DNA of 64,000 nt from NCBI GenBank assembly GCA_964473325.1, contig CAYYOG010000001.1, positions 52,618-116,617 on the forward strand, read 5' to 3'. Made by a program: the position numbers and the translations under genes. The DNA comes from an uncultured Thermotogae bacterium (GTDB lineage: Bacteria > Bipolaricaulota > Bipolaricaulia > RBG-16-55-9 > DRXL01). This document shows, in pieces, positions 11,481-21,371 of the stretch (the first letter of the stretch is position 1; each line of letters starts with the position of its first letter). Below the pieces are notes generated by a model that had not been told where the DNA came from, searched no databases, and was given only the letters and a program-made list of their open reading frames with translations.

Positions 11481-12395
11481 GTGTATAATAAAAAAATGCG
11501 TGCGTTTGATATTGTCGGCTGTGGAGCGCTCAATCTCGACGAGCTCTATCGCGTCGCGCGCCTGCTCGATGACGACGAGGGCGAGGTCGTCTTCGCCGGA
11601 GCCTATCCCGGAGGTTCAGCAGCCAACACTATTTATGCTCTGGCGCAGCTTGGGCTGCACGCGGGCTTTCTCGGTGCTGTTGGTGGTGACGACGCCGGGA
11701 GAATGCTCGTGGAGAGCTTTAAGAGTGTTGGCGTGGACACGTCGGGGATTGTCATCAAGCCCAAGGCCAAGACCGGGCGCGCTTTGGGCTTTATAGATCC
11801 CCACGGGCGACGCACGCTCTACATTGAGCCGGGAGCGAATAGTCTCTTACGCAAAGCCGATATAGACTTTAGCTATGTGGCGCGCACGAAGTTCGTCCAT
11901 CTGTCGTCGTTTGTAGGAGCGGAGCAATGGGCGATTCAGCGTGAGCTGGTGCGCGCGCTCTCCCCAAAGACTCTAGTCAGTTTTGCGCCGGGGGCGCTCT
12001 TGGCGCGGCGGGGGCTGCAGGCGCTCTCCTCCGTGCTCAAGAGAACTCACGTGCTCTTTCTCAATCGTCGCGAGCTGGAGATCTTAGTGCACACAGACGA
12101 TCCCGAAATGGGGGTGCGTTCGTTGCTCAAGGCCGGTCCGCAGATCATCGCGGTGACACTTGGGGCCGAGGGCAGCTATGTCGCTGACGAAAAGCAGGCT
12201 TATAGAGTCGAAGCGCTACGGGTGAGAAGAATCGTTGACACAACTGGTGCGGGAGACGCGTTCGCTGCGGGCTTTCTCTACGGGCTCTTTGAAGAGCGCG
12301 AGCTGTGTGCATGCGCCAAGCTTGGGGCACAACTGGCACGGCACGCTGTGGGCCAGATGGGAGGACGGCTGAATCTCAAAACCCCGCGATTATGA
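11481..12395 (+). CDS. PfkB-family carbohydrate/nucleoside kinase (ribokinase-like)
   Basis: GG motif (DIVGCGALNLD) and C-terminal DTTGAGDAF anion-hole motif. A TATAAT lies 7 nt before the ATG, which may indicate a leaderless transcript. Confidence 0.7.
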   Translation: MYNKKMRAFDIVGCGALNLDELYRVARLLDDDEGEVVFAGAYPGGSAANTIYALAQLGLHAGFLGAVGGDDAGRMLVESFKSVGVDTSGIVIKPKAKTGRALGFIDPHGRRTLYIEPGANSLLRKADIDFSYVARTKFVHLSSFVGAEQWAIQRELVRALSPKTLVSFAPGALLARRGLQALSSVLKRTHVLFLNRRELEILVHTDDPEMGVRSLLKAGPQIIAVTLGAEGSYVADEKQAYRVEALRVRRIVDTTGAGDAFAAGFLYGLFEERELCACAKLGAQLARHAVGQMGGRLNLKTPRL

Positions 12396-12486
12396 AAGAG
12401 CAGACAAGATGTGCCATCTGGCAGTCGAGTGGGAGCGCGCGGGGAATGGCCCTTGCTCAAGGAGGCTGCTAAAGACGGGATAGCCT

Positions 12487-13398
12487 TCACAGTTTGAACG
12501 CTGCGAGCTCACGGTTGAGACAATACCCGTGGGGATGGGGTCTCCCCTCACTATAGAGAGTTCTATTTCTGATCTCCCACAGCCCTTGCGAAAGCTTCTC
12601 TAAAGTCAATATGATGAGCGGCGTCTCGCCCGCAAATTGCTCGCGACGGATCTGCCGAATCAGCTCTTGCCAGAGAGGTCCTCGCTTCGCGTGCTCTAGG
12701 CCCTCTGCCCGCACCAGCGCCGTCACCTCAAGCCAAAGCTTCGTGAGGCGCTCCGAGCTGAGCGGGAACTCATACCATGAGATGACTGGCCCGCGATCCG
12801 TCTCCTCCGTCGCGATGTGTAACATCCCCCCAGCTTTAAGATAGCTGATGCTCATAATCTGCGGAATCTCGTGAGCGAGACGCTCAAGGGGCACTGCAAG
12901 CAGATAGGGTAGTGGACGCTCAGCTTGCTCTTCCATCACCTTGGGCCACATCCCAATCGGGCCAATCTGTGGGATCGCCGGATGCAAGTTGAGCACATCC
13001 AGGGCGTTCAAGATTTCTGAGCTGAGAATCTGCATATAGCCTACGGACATATAGAGCTTCATCTCGCGGGGCAAGAGCTGCAACACTGCGCGGTCGTGCT
13101 CTATGCGCCAGCGCTCTAACAACTTTGGGTCTTTCTCACGACGCGCGCGCTCGCGCAGCTCCGGCTGAAACTCTCGCGACGGGAAGAAGATCACCCTGTT
13201 CAAAAATTTGAGAGCTTTCACGGCAGCGATGCGCTGCGCAAGCTCCGCGTCTGACGGCTCCTGCGGGACGTTGCAGAGCACGCATGGCACCTCAGCTTCG
13301 ATCTGCCCCGCCGCGAGAGCATTATCGAGATCGCGCAAGAGCGTGACCGCATCGTCGTCGTGCAGCGACGTGAGAATCCCAAACCGAAAACGCTTCAT
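12487..13398 (-). CDS. PurN-like formyltransferase-fold protein with a ~100-aa C-terminal extension
   Basis: Start refined to MKRFRFGILTS, which has a GGAGG RBS and a 4-bp overlap with the upstream gene. LNLHPAIP resembles the PurN (I/L)N(I/L)HPSLLP motif, and a LHIATEETDRGPVI block follows. Confidence 0.45.
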   Translation of the reverse strand: MKRFRFGILTSLHDDDAVTLLRDLDNALAAGQIEAEVPCVLCNVPQEPSDAELAQRIAAVKALKFLNRVIFFPSREFQPELRERARREKDPKLLERWRIEHDRAVLQLLPREMKLYMSVGYMQILSSEILNALDVLNLHPAIPQIGPIGMWPKVMEEQAERPLPYLLAVPLERLAHEIPQIMSISYLKAGGMLHIATEETDRGPVISWYEFPLSSERLTKLWLEVTALVRAEGLEHAKRGPLWQELIRQIRREQFAGETPLIILTLEKLSQGLWEIRNRTLYSEGRPHPHGYCLNRELAAFKL

Positions 13399-14429
13399 CC
13401 CAGACCTCCGATCTCTTGGCCGCGCAGGCGGCGCCGCATCTGCTCGCTGCGCGCGATAAACGCGTCGTCTAGCTGGGTGGTGAGCTCCAGAGTTCGTCTG
13501 GACTGTACATCTTCGCCAGCCATAGGCTGGCGGAGGCAAAGCCCACGTGCAGCGTGGCGCCCGCCCTGGGCAAATGCTGCAGCAATCTCCGTTAGAATTA
13601 ATGCATCAGAACTGATGCACCCCAATTCGGCAGCCCGCAGCGCATAGCTGTTCGCGTTGAACGCGACTGCCAAGCCCCCCTCGTGCCGAACCAATTCTAG
13701 CGCTTCGACATCGGTGATGCTGTCACCAACGTAGATCGTCTGCGCGAGAGATATTCCCGTCCGTCGGGCGATCTCGCTCAGAGCACGGGCTTTTCCCGGG
13801 CCACCGATGGGCTGCACTTCGTGCAAGACGCGCCCGATCTCCATCCGTGCAATGCGCTCCCAAAAGATATGATCGAGAAGGTCGACGGTCTGGCGATCTC
13901 GTGCGGAAAGCTCATCAAGGCTGCGGGCTCTTGAAGGAATCTCGATCTGAGGGCGCTGGACGATCTGCTCGTAGAGGCTGAGTAACTCCTGGCGCTCTCG
14001 CTCTGCAAGCCCATAAGAATCTAGAGATATCTTTGTGCAGCAGGCATTCTCGCAAGGGAGATCGAAAACCCCGCAGACGGCGCGCACGTAAGGCTCGTAG
14101 CTCGTGCTCACGATAAACGTCGGCATCTGCGCACGGATACGCTGTATAGCCTCATGAGCACGAGGGACGAGCTTGATCGTCTTTTGAGAAAACTCTCTCA
14201 AATCACGGTCACACAGCTCCACTGCTTTCAGAAAGGGCACGATAAGCTTTAACGTATCACCGGCTCGATAGCCCGGACGCTTTACTATATCAGCCAAGAT
14301 ATCGTCGTATCGGCTGATGAGCGCGAAGAAGTGCGCGCCGTTGGGGAGGAAGCGTGCAGCGATTTCAAAAGCGTTATCGTTGAGCGTCAGCGGGCCTTCC
14401 AAATCTGTTACGTACTGTGCAGGCGCCAT
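13395..14429 (-). CDS. HAD-IB-like hydrolase family protein (MtnX-like N-terminus)
   Basis: TDLEGPLTLNDNAF resembles the HAD-IB DFDGTITxNDN motif I, with the second Asp replaced by Glu. GGPGKARAL ... YVGDSITDVEA matches motifs III/IV. Confidence 0.35.
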   Translation of the reverse strand: MAPAQYVTDLEGPLTLNDNAFEIAARFLPNGAHFFALISRYDDILADIVKRPGYRAGDTLKLIVPFLKAVELCDRDLREFSQKTIKLVPRAHEAIQRIRAQMPTFIVSTSYEPYVRAVCGVFDLPCENACCTKISLDSYGLAERERQELLSLYEQIVQRPQIEIPSRARSLDELSARDRQTVDLLDHIFWERIARMEIGRVLHEVQPIGGPGKARALSEIARRTGISLAQTIYVGDSITDVEALELVRHEGGLAVAFNANSYALRAAELGCISSDALILTEIAAAFAQGGRHAARGLCLRQPMAGEDVQSRRTLELTTQLDDAFIARSEQMRRRLRGQEIGGLG

Positions 14430-14464
14430 AGTGTCAGTATACCCGGCTTGGCCGAAGAGGGCAA

Positions 14465-14495
14465 TTGGTCAAGCGGCTGGGAAATCGCTTATAAT
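14465..14495 (+). promoter_or_regulatory. promoter upstream of hup (TTGGTC-N19-TATAAT)
   Basis: Perfect -10 TATAAT at 14490-14495. An AAGGAGAGGAGG RBS follows. Confidence 0.4.
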
Positions 14496-14534
14496 AAAAA
14501 GCCACAAACGCAAAAGGAGAGGAGGTGAGACAAG

Positions 14535-14819
14535 ATGAACAAGAGCGATCTGGCGGAGCTGGTAGCTAGGCAGGCCAAGCTACCTTCGAAGACCGCAGCA
14601 AAGCGGGCCCTGGATGCAATGCTCAACGCAATCATGGAGGCGGTCGCCCGTGGGGATTCGGTGACATTAGCACGGTTTGGGACATTCCAAGCTGTGGTAC
14701 GCAAGGCGGCGCGACGCTTCAATCCCCGCACGCGCCAACCCATAGACGTCCCGGCCAAGCGCGTGCCTAAGTTCAAGGCTGGCCGCAAGTTCAAGCAATT
14801 GGTCTCCAGAGGCCGATGA
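14535..14819 (+). CDS. hup: HU-family nucleoid DNA-binding protein
   Basis: 94 aa. MNKSDLAELVA ... ARFGTFQAVVRKAARRFNPRTRQPIDVPAKRVPKFKAGRKFK is the canonical HU/IHF fold sequence. Confidence 0.9.
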   Translation: MNKSDLAELVARQAKLPSKTAAKRALDAMLNAIMEAVARGDSVTLARFGTFQAVVRKAARRFNPRTRQPIDVPAKRVPKFKAGRKFKQLVSRGR

Positions 14820-14851
14820 GAGAATGGCGATCGTCGCAGGGAGGAGGAGCG

Positions 14852-15670
14852 ATGGCAAGTATGTATCATCTCGGTCTCAGCGAGAGGGAGATTCTGGGAG
14901 CACAGATCGCCCTCCTCCCCGGCGATCCCGCACGGGTAGAAAAGATCGCTCAGACGCTCGAGCGCGGACACTTCGTCGCATCTCACCGGGAGTTTTGCAC
15001 CTGGCTAGGGTATATCCAAGACGCACCCATGGCGATCACGTCGACCGGGATTGGTGGACCTTCAACAGCGATCGCAGTCGAAGAACTCGCGTTGTTGGGT
15101 GTGAAAGCCTTTCTGCGCGTTGGCACGACGGGCGCGATCCAGCCGAGCATCAATATTGGCGATGTAGTCATCACGACTGGGGCCGTCCGGCTTGACGGCG
15201 CGTCGGTGCACTATGCGCCGCTAGAGTACCCTGCTGTCGCGGACTATAACTTAGTGTGGGCGCTCGTCGAGGCTGCCCAAAAACTCAAAATTCCCTATCA
15301 CATGGGGATAACGTGCTCCTCAGCAACATTCTATCCCGGCCAAGAGCGCTCAGATTCGTTCAGTCAGTATATTCTCAGAGAGCTCCGGGGGACTAAGAGC
15401 GAATGGCAACGCTTGGGCGTGCTCAACTATGAGATGGAAGCTGCCACGTTGCTGACGGTGTGCAGCGCGCTGGGGCTGCGCGCTGGTTGCGTCTGCGGGG
15501 TTGTCGATACGCCCGCACAAGAGCAAATCACCTCAGAGAGCTTGCAGCGCGCAGAGCACAATGCGATCCAAGTCGCTGTCAAAGCGACGGAGATCTTCTT
15601 AAAAAATAACTATGAGATACGTCATTTTTCTTGTACTGGTCGGTGCACTGCTGACGGGATGCTCAGGTGA
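14852..15670 (+). CDS. udp: uridine phosphorylase (PNP/UDP family)
   Basis: Start refined to MASMYHLGLS, preceded by AGGAGG. Near-collinear with Udp sequences (STGIGGPSTAIAVEELA, RVGTTGAIQP, YEMEAATLL). Confidence 0.8.
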   Translation: MASMYHLGLSEREILGAQIALLPGDPARVEKIAQTLERGHFVASHREFCTWLGYIQDAPMAITSTGIGGPSTAIAVEELALLGVKAFLRVGTTGAIQPSINIGDVVITTGAVRLDGASVHYAPLEYPAVADYNLVWALVEAAQKLKIPYHMGITCSSATFYPGQERSDSFSQYILRELRGTKSEWQRLGVLNYEMEAATLLTVCSALGLRAGCVCGVVDTPAQEQITSESLQRAEHNAIQVAVKATEIFLKNNYEIRHFSCTGRCTADGMLR

Positions 15671-16160
15671 GAAGACTTCGCAAGAGAAAGGAGGTCCAGC
15701 AATGATGACTCTAACGAGTACGGCGTTCACGCACGGGGCAATGATCCCCAAAGATTACACGTGCGACGGCAAGGACATCTCGCCGCCACTTTCTTGGAGC
15801 GAGCCTCCGGAGAAAACCCAGAGCTTCGCACTGATCATGGACGACCCTGATGCACCCATGGGGACGTGGGTCCATTGGGTGATCTATAACATCCCAGCGC
15901 CGGCGCGTGAACTAGCCGAGGGCATCTCAAAAGACGCTGATCTGCCTGACGGCAGCCGCCAGGGACGCAACAGCTGGAGACGAATCGGGTATGGCGGGCC
16001 GTGCCCGCCCAGCGGAACCCACAGATATTTCTTTAAACTTTACGCGCTCGACACCGTGCTCACCCTCGCGTCCGGGGCGACAAAAGACGAGCTGCTCAAG
16101 GCGATGGAGGGCCACATTCTCGCCCAGGTAGAGCTGATGGGAAGATATTCACGGCGCTAG
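15612..16160 (+). CDS. PEBP/YbhB-YbcL family lipoprotein
   Basis: Lipobox LLTGC in the signal peptide. DPDAP ... WVHWVIYNIP ... GYGGPCPPSGTHRYFFKLYALD is the PEBP signature. Overlaps the udp 3' end by 59 bp. Confidence 0.7.
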   Translation: MRYVIFLVLVGALLTGCSGEKTSQEKGGPAMMTLTSTAFTHGAMIPKDYTCDGKDISPPLSWSEPPEKTQSFALIMDDPDAPMGTWVHWVIYNIPAPARELAEGISKDADLPDGSRQGRNSWRRIGYGGPCPPSGTHRYFFKLYALDTVLTLASGATKDELLKAMEGHILAQVELMGRYSRR

Positions 16161-17056
16161 CGTCGCGCCCGCAGCACGATCACTGTTGTGCTCCCCATTT
16201 CGTCAAAGCCGAAGCTCATCGTTGCTACGGCTGACAATTCTTGCAGGCCTTGGGCATCACTGCGCGTGAAGACGCGAATGCTTCCAGATTCGTCGGGCTT
16301 GATCCAGAGATTGCGTCTCCACTTGCTAAACTGCTGCTCATAGAAGCTCAGCGCATCGAGGGCTTTGTCTCCCTTGAGCCGAGAGCCCACGACCCGCAGC
16401 TCGGAGAAGTCTTGAAACAAGCGAGAGAGCATCTCGATTCCTAGGACGCTAAGCCATCCCATGAGTTCTGGCTGCTCCCCTAAGCGCATTCTCATAGCCA
16501 GCGGAGGATTCGTGGCGAGATCCCCAAACCAGCGCTTGAGGTGTCCTAAGAGATCCTGCTGCGTGAGCACCAGCTCCCACTGAAGCCCTGCGCTTTCAAA
16601 GATCGGCACGTTTAACGCAGACTCGTCAGTCTGTGCTGTGGCTATAACCAGATCGGTGGCCTCATATCTCTTTGACACAGTAAGGAGGAGATAATTGCGC
16701 TCCCTGACAAAGAGCCTGACACCACCCGACTCGCTAGGCTGTATCCATAAGATCCGCCGCCACCCATTCAGTGTCTGGTCGTAGAAGTTGAGCACGTCAA
16801 GAGCACGCTCGCCCTCAATCGTATACCCAGAAACCTTGAGCACCGACAGATCCTCAACCCATTCAGAGAGTCCCTTCGCCATCTCTTGTGCGGTGAGATG
16901 CACCTCCCACTCGACTTGAGCCCCCTCGTAGAGAGGGATCTCTAGAGAGGGCTGTAGAACGTCCTGTACACGCGACGAGCCCAAGGCCCACCCTGCCCCA
17001 AGCACGCACACCAACCCGACAACAGCTACGAGCCTGACCCAGCCTCTCTTCTGCAT
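16157..17056 (-). CDS. secreted hypothetical protein with an internal tandem domain duplication
   Basis: Start refined to MQKRGWVRLVAVVGL, preceded by GAGGAGG. Two ~130-aa repeats are visible (ALDVLNFYDQTLNGWRRILWIQPSESGGVRLFVRE and ALDALSFYEQQFSKWRRNLWIKPDESGSIRVFTRS). Confidence 0.5.
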   Translation of the reverse strand: MQKRGWVRLVAVVGLVCVLGAGWALGSSRVQDVLQPSLEIPLYEGAQVEWEVHLTAQEMAKGLSEWVEDLSVLKVSGYTIEGERALDVLNFYDQTLNGWRRILWIQPSESGGVRLFVRERNYLLLTVSKRYEATDLVIATAQTDESALNVPIFESAGLQWELVLTQQDLLGHLKRWFGDLATNPPLAMRMRLGEQPELMGWLSVLGIEMLSRLFQDFSELRVVGSRLKGDKALDALSFYEQQFSKWRRNLWIKPDESGSIRVFTRSDAQGLQELSAVATMSFGFDEMGSTTVIVLRARR

Positions 17057-17078
17057 AGTATGCACCTCCTCGTTCATT

Positions 17079-19679
17079 CTACTCCTTCACGACCACGTTG
17101 ACCAGCCGACCGGGGACGACAATGACTTTAACGACTTGCTTGCCGTCCAAGCGCGCTTGAATCTGCGCGAGAGCGCGCTTCTCAAGCTCAGCTCGATCTT
17201 CGCTGATCTCGGCAGGGACGGTAAGGCGATCTCGCACCTTCCCGTTGATCTGAATGACGATCTCGCGCTCGGCTGCGTGCAGTGCCTGGGGATCATAGCT
17301 GGGCCAGCTCTGCTCCAGCACAGCGTCGTCGTGTCCCAGACGCCTCCAGAGTTCTTCGCAGACAAACGGCGTAAACGGCGATAAGATCAAGACTAAGTCC
17401 TCCAACGCGCGCTTCACCAACGCTTTGTTGGTCTTCTTTGGGTTTTCGCTGACATAGTCTGTCAGCTCATTGGTCAGCTCCATGATCGCCGACACTGCCG
17501 TGTTGAAGTGGAACTGCTCGATGTCTTCCGTGACGGCTTTTATAGTGTGATGGAGCTTCTGCCAGACTTTTCTCTCGCGCTCGGTGAACTGAGCTGGGTT
17601 GAGCGCTCCGATGTCGGTGAGCTTGCGCGCTTGGGAGAGCACGAGATTCCAGAGGCGATTCAAGAAGCGAAAACTCCCGCGCACGCCCTCGTCTGTCCAT
17701 TCAATATCTTTCTCCGGCGGCCCCATGAAGAGTGTATAGAGTCTCTCCGTGTCAGCCCCGTATCGCTCAATTACGTCTTGGGGCGAGATCGTGTTGCGCT
17801 TGGACTTAGACATCTTGTGCAGATCTACTTTGAGTTCGCGCCCGCAATGGGGGCACGTATTGCCCTCCTTGACCTCGCTAGGATGAATCCAATTATGTTC
17901 TGGGCACCGATACGCCAGATGCTCGATCATCCCTTGAGTGAAGAGCCGCGCAAACGGCTCGTCGAACTTCAGATAGCCCATGTCGCGCAAGGCCTTCGTG
18001 AAGAATCGCGAGTAGAGTAAGTGCAAGATCGCGTGCTCCACTCCACCCACGTACTGATCGACCGGAAGCCATCTATTGACGGCTTCGGGATCGAAGGGCC
18101 TGGTCTGCTCGTGCGGGGAGACGAAGCGCAAGAAGTACCAGCTGGAGTCGACGAACGTGTCCATAGTATCAGTATCGCGCTGAGCCGGGCCGTGACACTG
18201 CGGGCACGTCGTCTGATAAAACTCTGGAATTTCAGCTAAGCCCTTCTTGCCGATGAACGGCACGTTGGGGAGCTTGACGGGCAGCTCGCTTTCGGGCACA
18301 GGGACGATCCCGCATCGTTCGCAGTGAATCATGGGGATAGGCGTGCCCCAGTAGCGCTGCCGCGAGATGAGCCAGTCTCGCAGCTTATATTTGACGGCGA
18401 AGCGTCCCAGCCCACGAGATGCTAAGAATTCCCCGATCTTTTGGAACGCTTCCCGGCTTGACAGCCCATTAAATTGCCCGGAGTTGACGAGCCAGCCCTC
18501 ACCCTCGAATGCTGCAAGCAGTTCGCCCGTGCTTTCTGCACTCTCGATCACTCTTCGGATCTCCAGCCCATACTTTTTGGCGAACTCGAAATCGCGCTGA
18601 TCGTGCGCGGGCACGCCCATGATCGCCCCAGTGCCGTACTCCATCAAGACATAGTTGGCAATATAGACGGGGACTCTTTCGTTATTGATGGGGTTGATCG
18701 CGTAGCGCCCGGTGAAGAAGCCTTCTTTCTCGACGGTGACGGCGCTGCGCGCGATCTCCCCTTGCTGTAAGACTCTTTGGACGAACGCCTCTATCTGCGC
18801 GCGCTTGTGCGGGTCTTGTTCTTGAGCGAGAAATTCTTCGACCAAGGGGTGCTCCGGCGCTATGGCCATGAACGTCACACCAAAGATCGTATCTGGGCGG
18901 GTCGTGAACACCCTTAAAGACCTAACCCCCTGCCCGTAGCGGGGAGGAGCCGGGGGAGGGGTCTCCACAGCAAAGTCAGCCTCAACGCCTTCGCTCCGGC
19001 CAATCCAATTATATTGCATCTTCTTGACGCGCTCCGGCCAGTGCTCCAGCTTCTCCAGGTCTTTGAGTAACTCTTCAGCATACTGGGTGATCTTGAAGAA
19101 CCATTGAGTGAGCTTGCGTTTCTCGACGATGGAGTCGCAGCGTTCGCAACGGCCGTCGAGGACTTGCTCGTTAGCGAGCACGGTCTCGCAGCCGGGGCAC
19201 CAGTTGGCTACGGCTGCAGCGCGATACGCTAAGCCTCGCTTATAAAACTGCAAGAAGAGCCATTGGTTCCATTTATAATAGTCAGGCTCGCAGGTGCGGA
19301 TCTCGCGATCCCAGTCGTAGACGATGCCCCACTCGCGAAACTGCCTCTTCATGCCCTCAATGTTGGCAATAGTCCAATCACGGGGGTGGGTCTTGTTCTC
19401 GATGGCAGCGTTCTCTGCGGGCAGGCCGAACGCGTCAAATCCCATGGGGTTGAGGACGTTGAAGCCCCGCATCTTCTTGTAGCGGGCAAACGCGTCTCCG
19501 ATGATGTAATTTCTCCCGTGGCCCACGTGCAGGACCCCTGACGGGTACGGGAACATATTGAGATAATAGAACTTGCGCTCTGTGTTATTGGTGTCGACTT
19601 TGAAGAACCCTTGTTTATCCCAGAAGTCCTTCCAGCGCTTTTCGATCTTCTTGAAGTCGTATTTGGCGATTCTTGGCAT
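17079..19679 (-). CDS. leuS: leucine--tRNA ligase
   Basis: HIGH motif ([15 protein letters not shown]), KMSKS motif and editing domain present. Start taken at the ATG after the GAGGTGGAG RBS; the track's 19685 start is a GTG. Confidence 0.9.
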   Translation of the reverse strand: MPRIAKYDFKKIEKRWKDFWDKQGFFKVDTNNTERKFYYLNMFPYPSGVLHVGHGRNYIIGDAFARYKKMRGFNVLNPMGFDAFGLPAENAAIENKTHPRDWTIANIEGMKRQFREWGIVYDWDREIRTCEPDYYKWNQWLFLQFYKRGLAYRAAAVANWCPGCETVLANEQVLDGRCERCDSIVEKRKLTQWFFKITQYAEELLKDLEKLEHWPERVKKMQYNWIGRSEGVEADFAVETPPPAPPRYGQGVRSLRVFTTRPDTIFGVTFMAIAPEHPLVEEFLAQEQDPHKRAQIEAFVQRVLQQGEIARSAVTVEKEGFFTGRYAINPINNERVPVYIANYVLMEYGTGAIMGVPAHDQRDFEFAKKYGLEIRRVIESAESTGELLAAFEGEGWLVNSGQFNGLSSREAFQKIGEFLASRGLGRFAVKYKLRDWLISRQRYWGTPIPMIHCERCGIVPVPESELPVKLPNVPFIGKKGLAEIPEFYQTTCPQCHGPAQRDTDTMDTFVDSSWYFLRFVSPHEQTRPFDPEAVNRWLPVDQYVGGVEHAILHLLYSRFFTKALRDMGYLKFDEPFARLFTQGMIEHLAYRCPEHNWIHPSEVKEGNTCPHCGRELKVDLHKMSKSKRNTISPQDVIERYGADTERLYTLFMGPPEKDIEWTDEGVRGSFRFLNRLWNLVLSQARKLTDIGALNPAQFTERERKVWQKLHHTIKAVTEDIEQFHFNTAVSAIMELTNELTDYVSENPKKTNKALVKRALEDLVLILSPFTPFVCEELWRRLGHDDAVLEQSWPSYDPQALHAAEREIVIQINGKVRDRLTVPAEISEDRAELEKRALAQIQARLDGKQVVKVIVVPGRLVNVVVKE

Positions 19680-19884
19680 AACCACTCCACCTCGCTTGTT
19701 CAGTTCTGAGTTAAACAGTTCTCAGTTTATCAATTGGGGGTATTGTTGCCGAAAGAGTGAGAGAAAAGCAAGTGAGGGATCTCCGTGCCCGTTCAGGCAC
19801 GGAGCAGCAAGAGCGTCTGCTGTAGAACGATCATAGGATTCACGACAGCATTATGGCACAAAGTGGGCGGGATGTCAAGGGGGC

Positions 19885-20136
19885 TCACGCCGCTATCTTT
19901 GTCGGGCGTTTCGCATTTTGAATAACGACTGTTGGGGTTGAGGTAGGGCGGGGCACAGGCAGCCCCAACTCTTTCAACAGGGCAATATGCTCTTCCATGC
20001 CCCATTTGGCCTTATAGAGGCAATCCTCTATAGAGTGCCCAACGCCGGTGAAGCCCTCAAGATCAGGTGAATAGAAGCTAAAGAAGTTTGGGTCCTCGGT
20101 AGCTTCGATGACCAAGGAATACTTTAGCTCTATCAT
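19885..20136 (-). CDS. hicB: type II toxin-antitoxin system HicB-family antitoxin
   Basis: Start refined to MIELKYSLVIEATEDPNFFSFYSPDLEGFTGVG (UPF0150/HicB N-terminal domain). GGGGAGGAGG RBS and a 4-bp overlap with hicA. Confidence 0.65.
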   Translation of the reverse strand: MIELKYSLVIEATEDPNFFSFYSPDLEGFTGVGHSIEDCLYKAKWGMEEHIALLKELGLPVPRPTSTPTVVIQNAKRPTKIAA

Positions 20137-20333
20137 TTGCGCCTCCTCCCCTTTAATCCTGCTGCTTTCAAGATAGCTTGACACGTGCCTGTTGGGACTT
20201 CCTTAGCACCATGATAGTCCACACGGATGAGTTTATCCACCCCGGGCTTGGCATAGTACCGGATGGACCCCTTCTCCCTAATAAGTTGAAAGCCGTTTTC
20301 TTCCAGCAAGCGGACCAACTCACTAAACTTCAT
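20133..20333 (-). CDS. hicA: type II toxin-antitoxin system HicA-family mRNA interferase toxin
   Basis: 66 aa. MKFSELVRLLEENGFQLIREKGSIRYYAKPG ... HGAKEVPTGTCQAILKAAGL is typical HicA/YcfA. Its start overlaps the purM stop by 4 bp. Confidence 0.7.
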   Translation of the reverse strand: MKFSELVRLLEENGFQLIREKGSIRYYAKPGVDKLIRVDYHGAKEVPTGTCQAILKAAGLKGRRRK

Positions 20334-21364
20334 GGCTTTGAGATAGCTTCTTGCATCACGGCTCTCCCCCGGCCTTCAACGATCTCCCCAACACGATACG
20401 CACGTTCCCCGCAGCTCTCCAGAAACTGTAGCGTGGCTTCAGCTTGTTCTCTTGGCACGATCACGATAAACCCCAAGCCCATATTGAAGACCTCCCACAG
20501 CTCGTCTTCGGGGACATCTCCCCAACTCTGTAACGCCCAAAAGAGCTTTGGGATAGGCCAGCTCCCTTTGTGTATAACAGCGTCGACTTGGTTATTCAAA
20601 GCGCGGACTAAATTCCCGGCAATACCGCCCCCGGTGATATGCGCCGCGCCCTTCACCATGCCCTGCTCAACAAGCTTCAGCACAACGTTGGAGTAGATCG
20701 GCATCGGCTCTAATAAGAGCTCTCCCAAGGGACGCTCCCCAGCTTCAGTATAAGTCTTGCTCAGATCGAGCTGTGCTTTCTCGATGATCCTTCTGATGAG
20801 CGAAAAGCCGTTGCAGTGCGGCCCGCTCGCAGCGAGCCCAATCAGCACATCCCCCGGCTCAACCCGCTCTGGGTTGGGAATTTGTGAACGCTCCACGATC
20901 CCTACCACAAAGCCTACCAGCTCAAAGTCATCCGCTCGCACAAAGAGATCGCGCAACTGCGCCGTCTCCCCGCCGATCAAGAGACAGCCCGCTGCATCGC
21001 ACGCCCGCACCAAAGACGCGAAGATCTCTTGGCTCACTTCTAAATCGAGCTGAGCCGTCGCGTAGTAATCCAAGAAGAAGAGGGGCTGCGCTCCAAGGCA
21101 CACAAGATCGTTGACGTTCATCGCGACGAGATCTTGTCCCAAGCCGTCAAATTTTTTGTAGTCGAGCGCAATGCGCGTCTTGGTGCCGATGCCGTCGGTG
21201 GAGCCGACGAGCACCGGGTCGCGATAGTCTTTCAGAATCTTTGTGAGGTCGAAAAGCCCGGCGAAGGGGCCGATTTGAGAGCTGCCCTTGGGATTAAGCT
21301 TTCTGATAAGCTCGACGAGCTTGTCAGCTTGGTTTATGTCGACCCCCGCATCGCGGTAACGCAT
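20330..21364 (-). CDS. purM: phosphoribosylformylglycinamidine cyclo-ligase PurM
   Basis: AIR synthase N- and C-domains (GLFDLTK ... VGSTDGIGTK ... AAHITGGGI). Confidence 0.9.
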   Translation of the reverse strand: MRYRDAGVDINQADKLVELIRKLNPKGSSQIGPFAGLFDLTKILKDYRDPVLVGSTDGIGTKTRIALDYKKFDGLGQDLVAMNVNDLVCLGAQPLFFLDYYATAQLDLEVSQEIFASLVRACDAAGCLLIGGETAQLRDLFVRADDFELVGFVVGIVERSQIPNPERVEPGDVLIGLAASGPHCNGFSLIRRIIEKAQLDLSKTYTEAGERPLGELLLEPMPIYSNVVLKLVEQGMVKGAAHITGGGIAGNLVRALNNQVDAVIHKGSWPIPKLFWALQSWGDVPEDELWEVFNMGLGFIVIVPREQAEATLQFLESCGERAYRVGEIVEGRGRAVMQEAISKP

Positions 21365-21371
21365 AAAAAGC

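Noticed and set aside
19686-19884. Looked for a T-box leader upstream of leuS
   Set aside because: No AGGGTGGNACCGCG T-box sequence or specifier-loop architecture is present. There is only a hairpin (GCCGTGCC ... GGGCACGG) and a short direct repeat.
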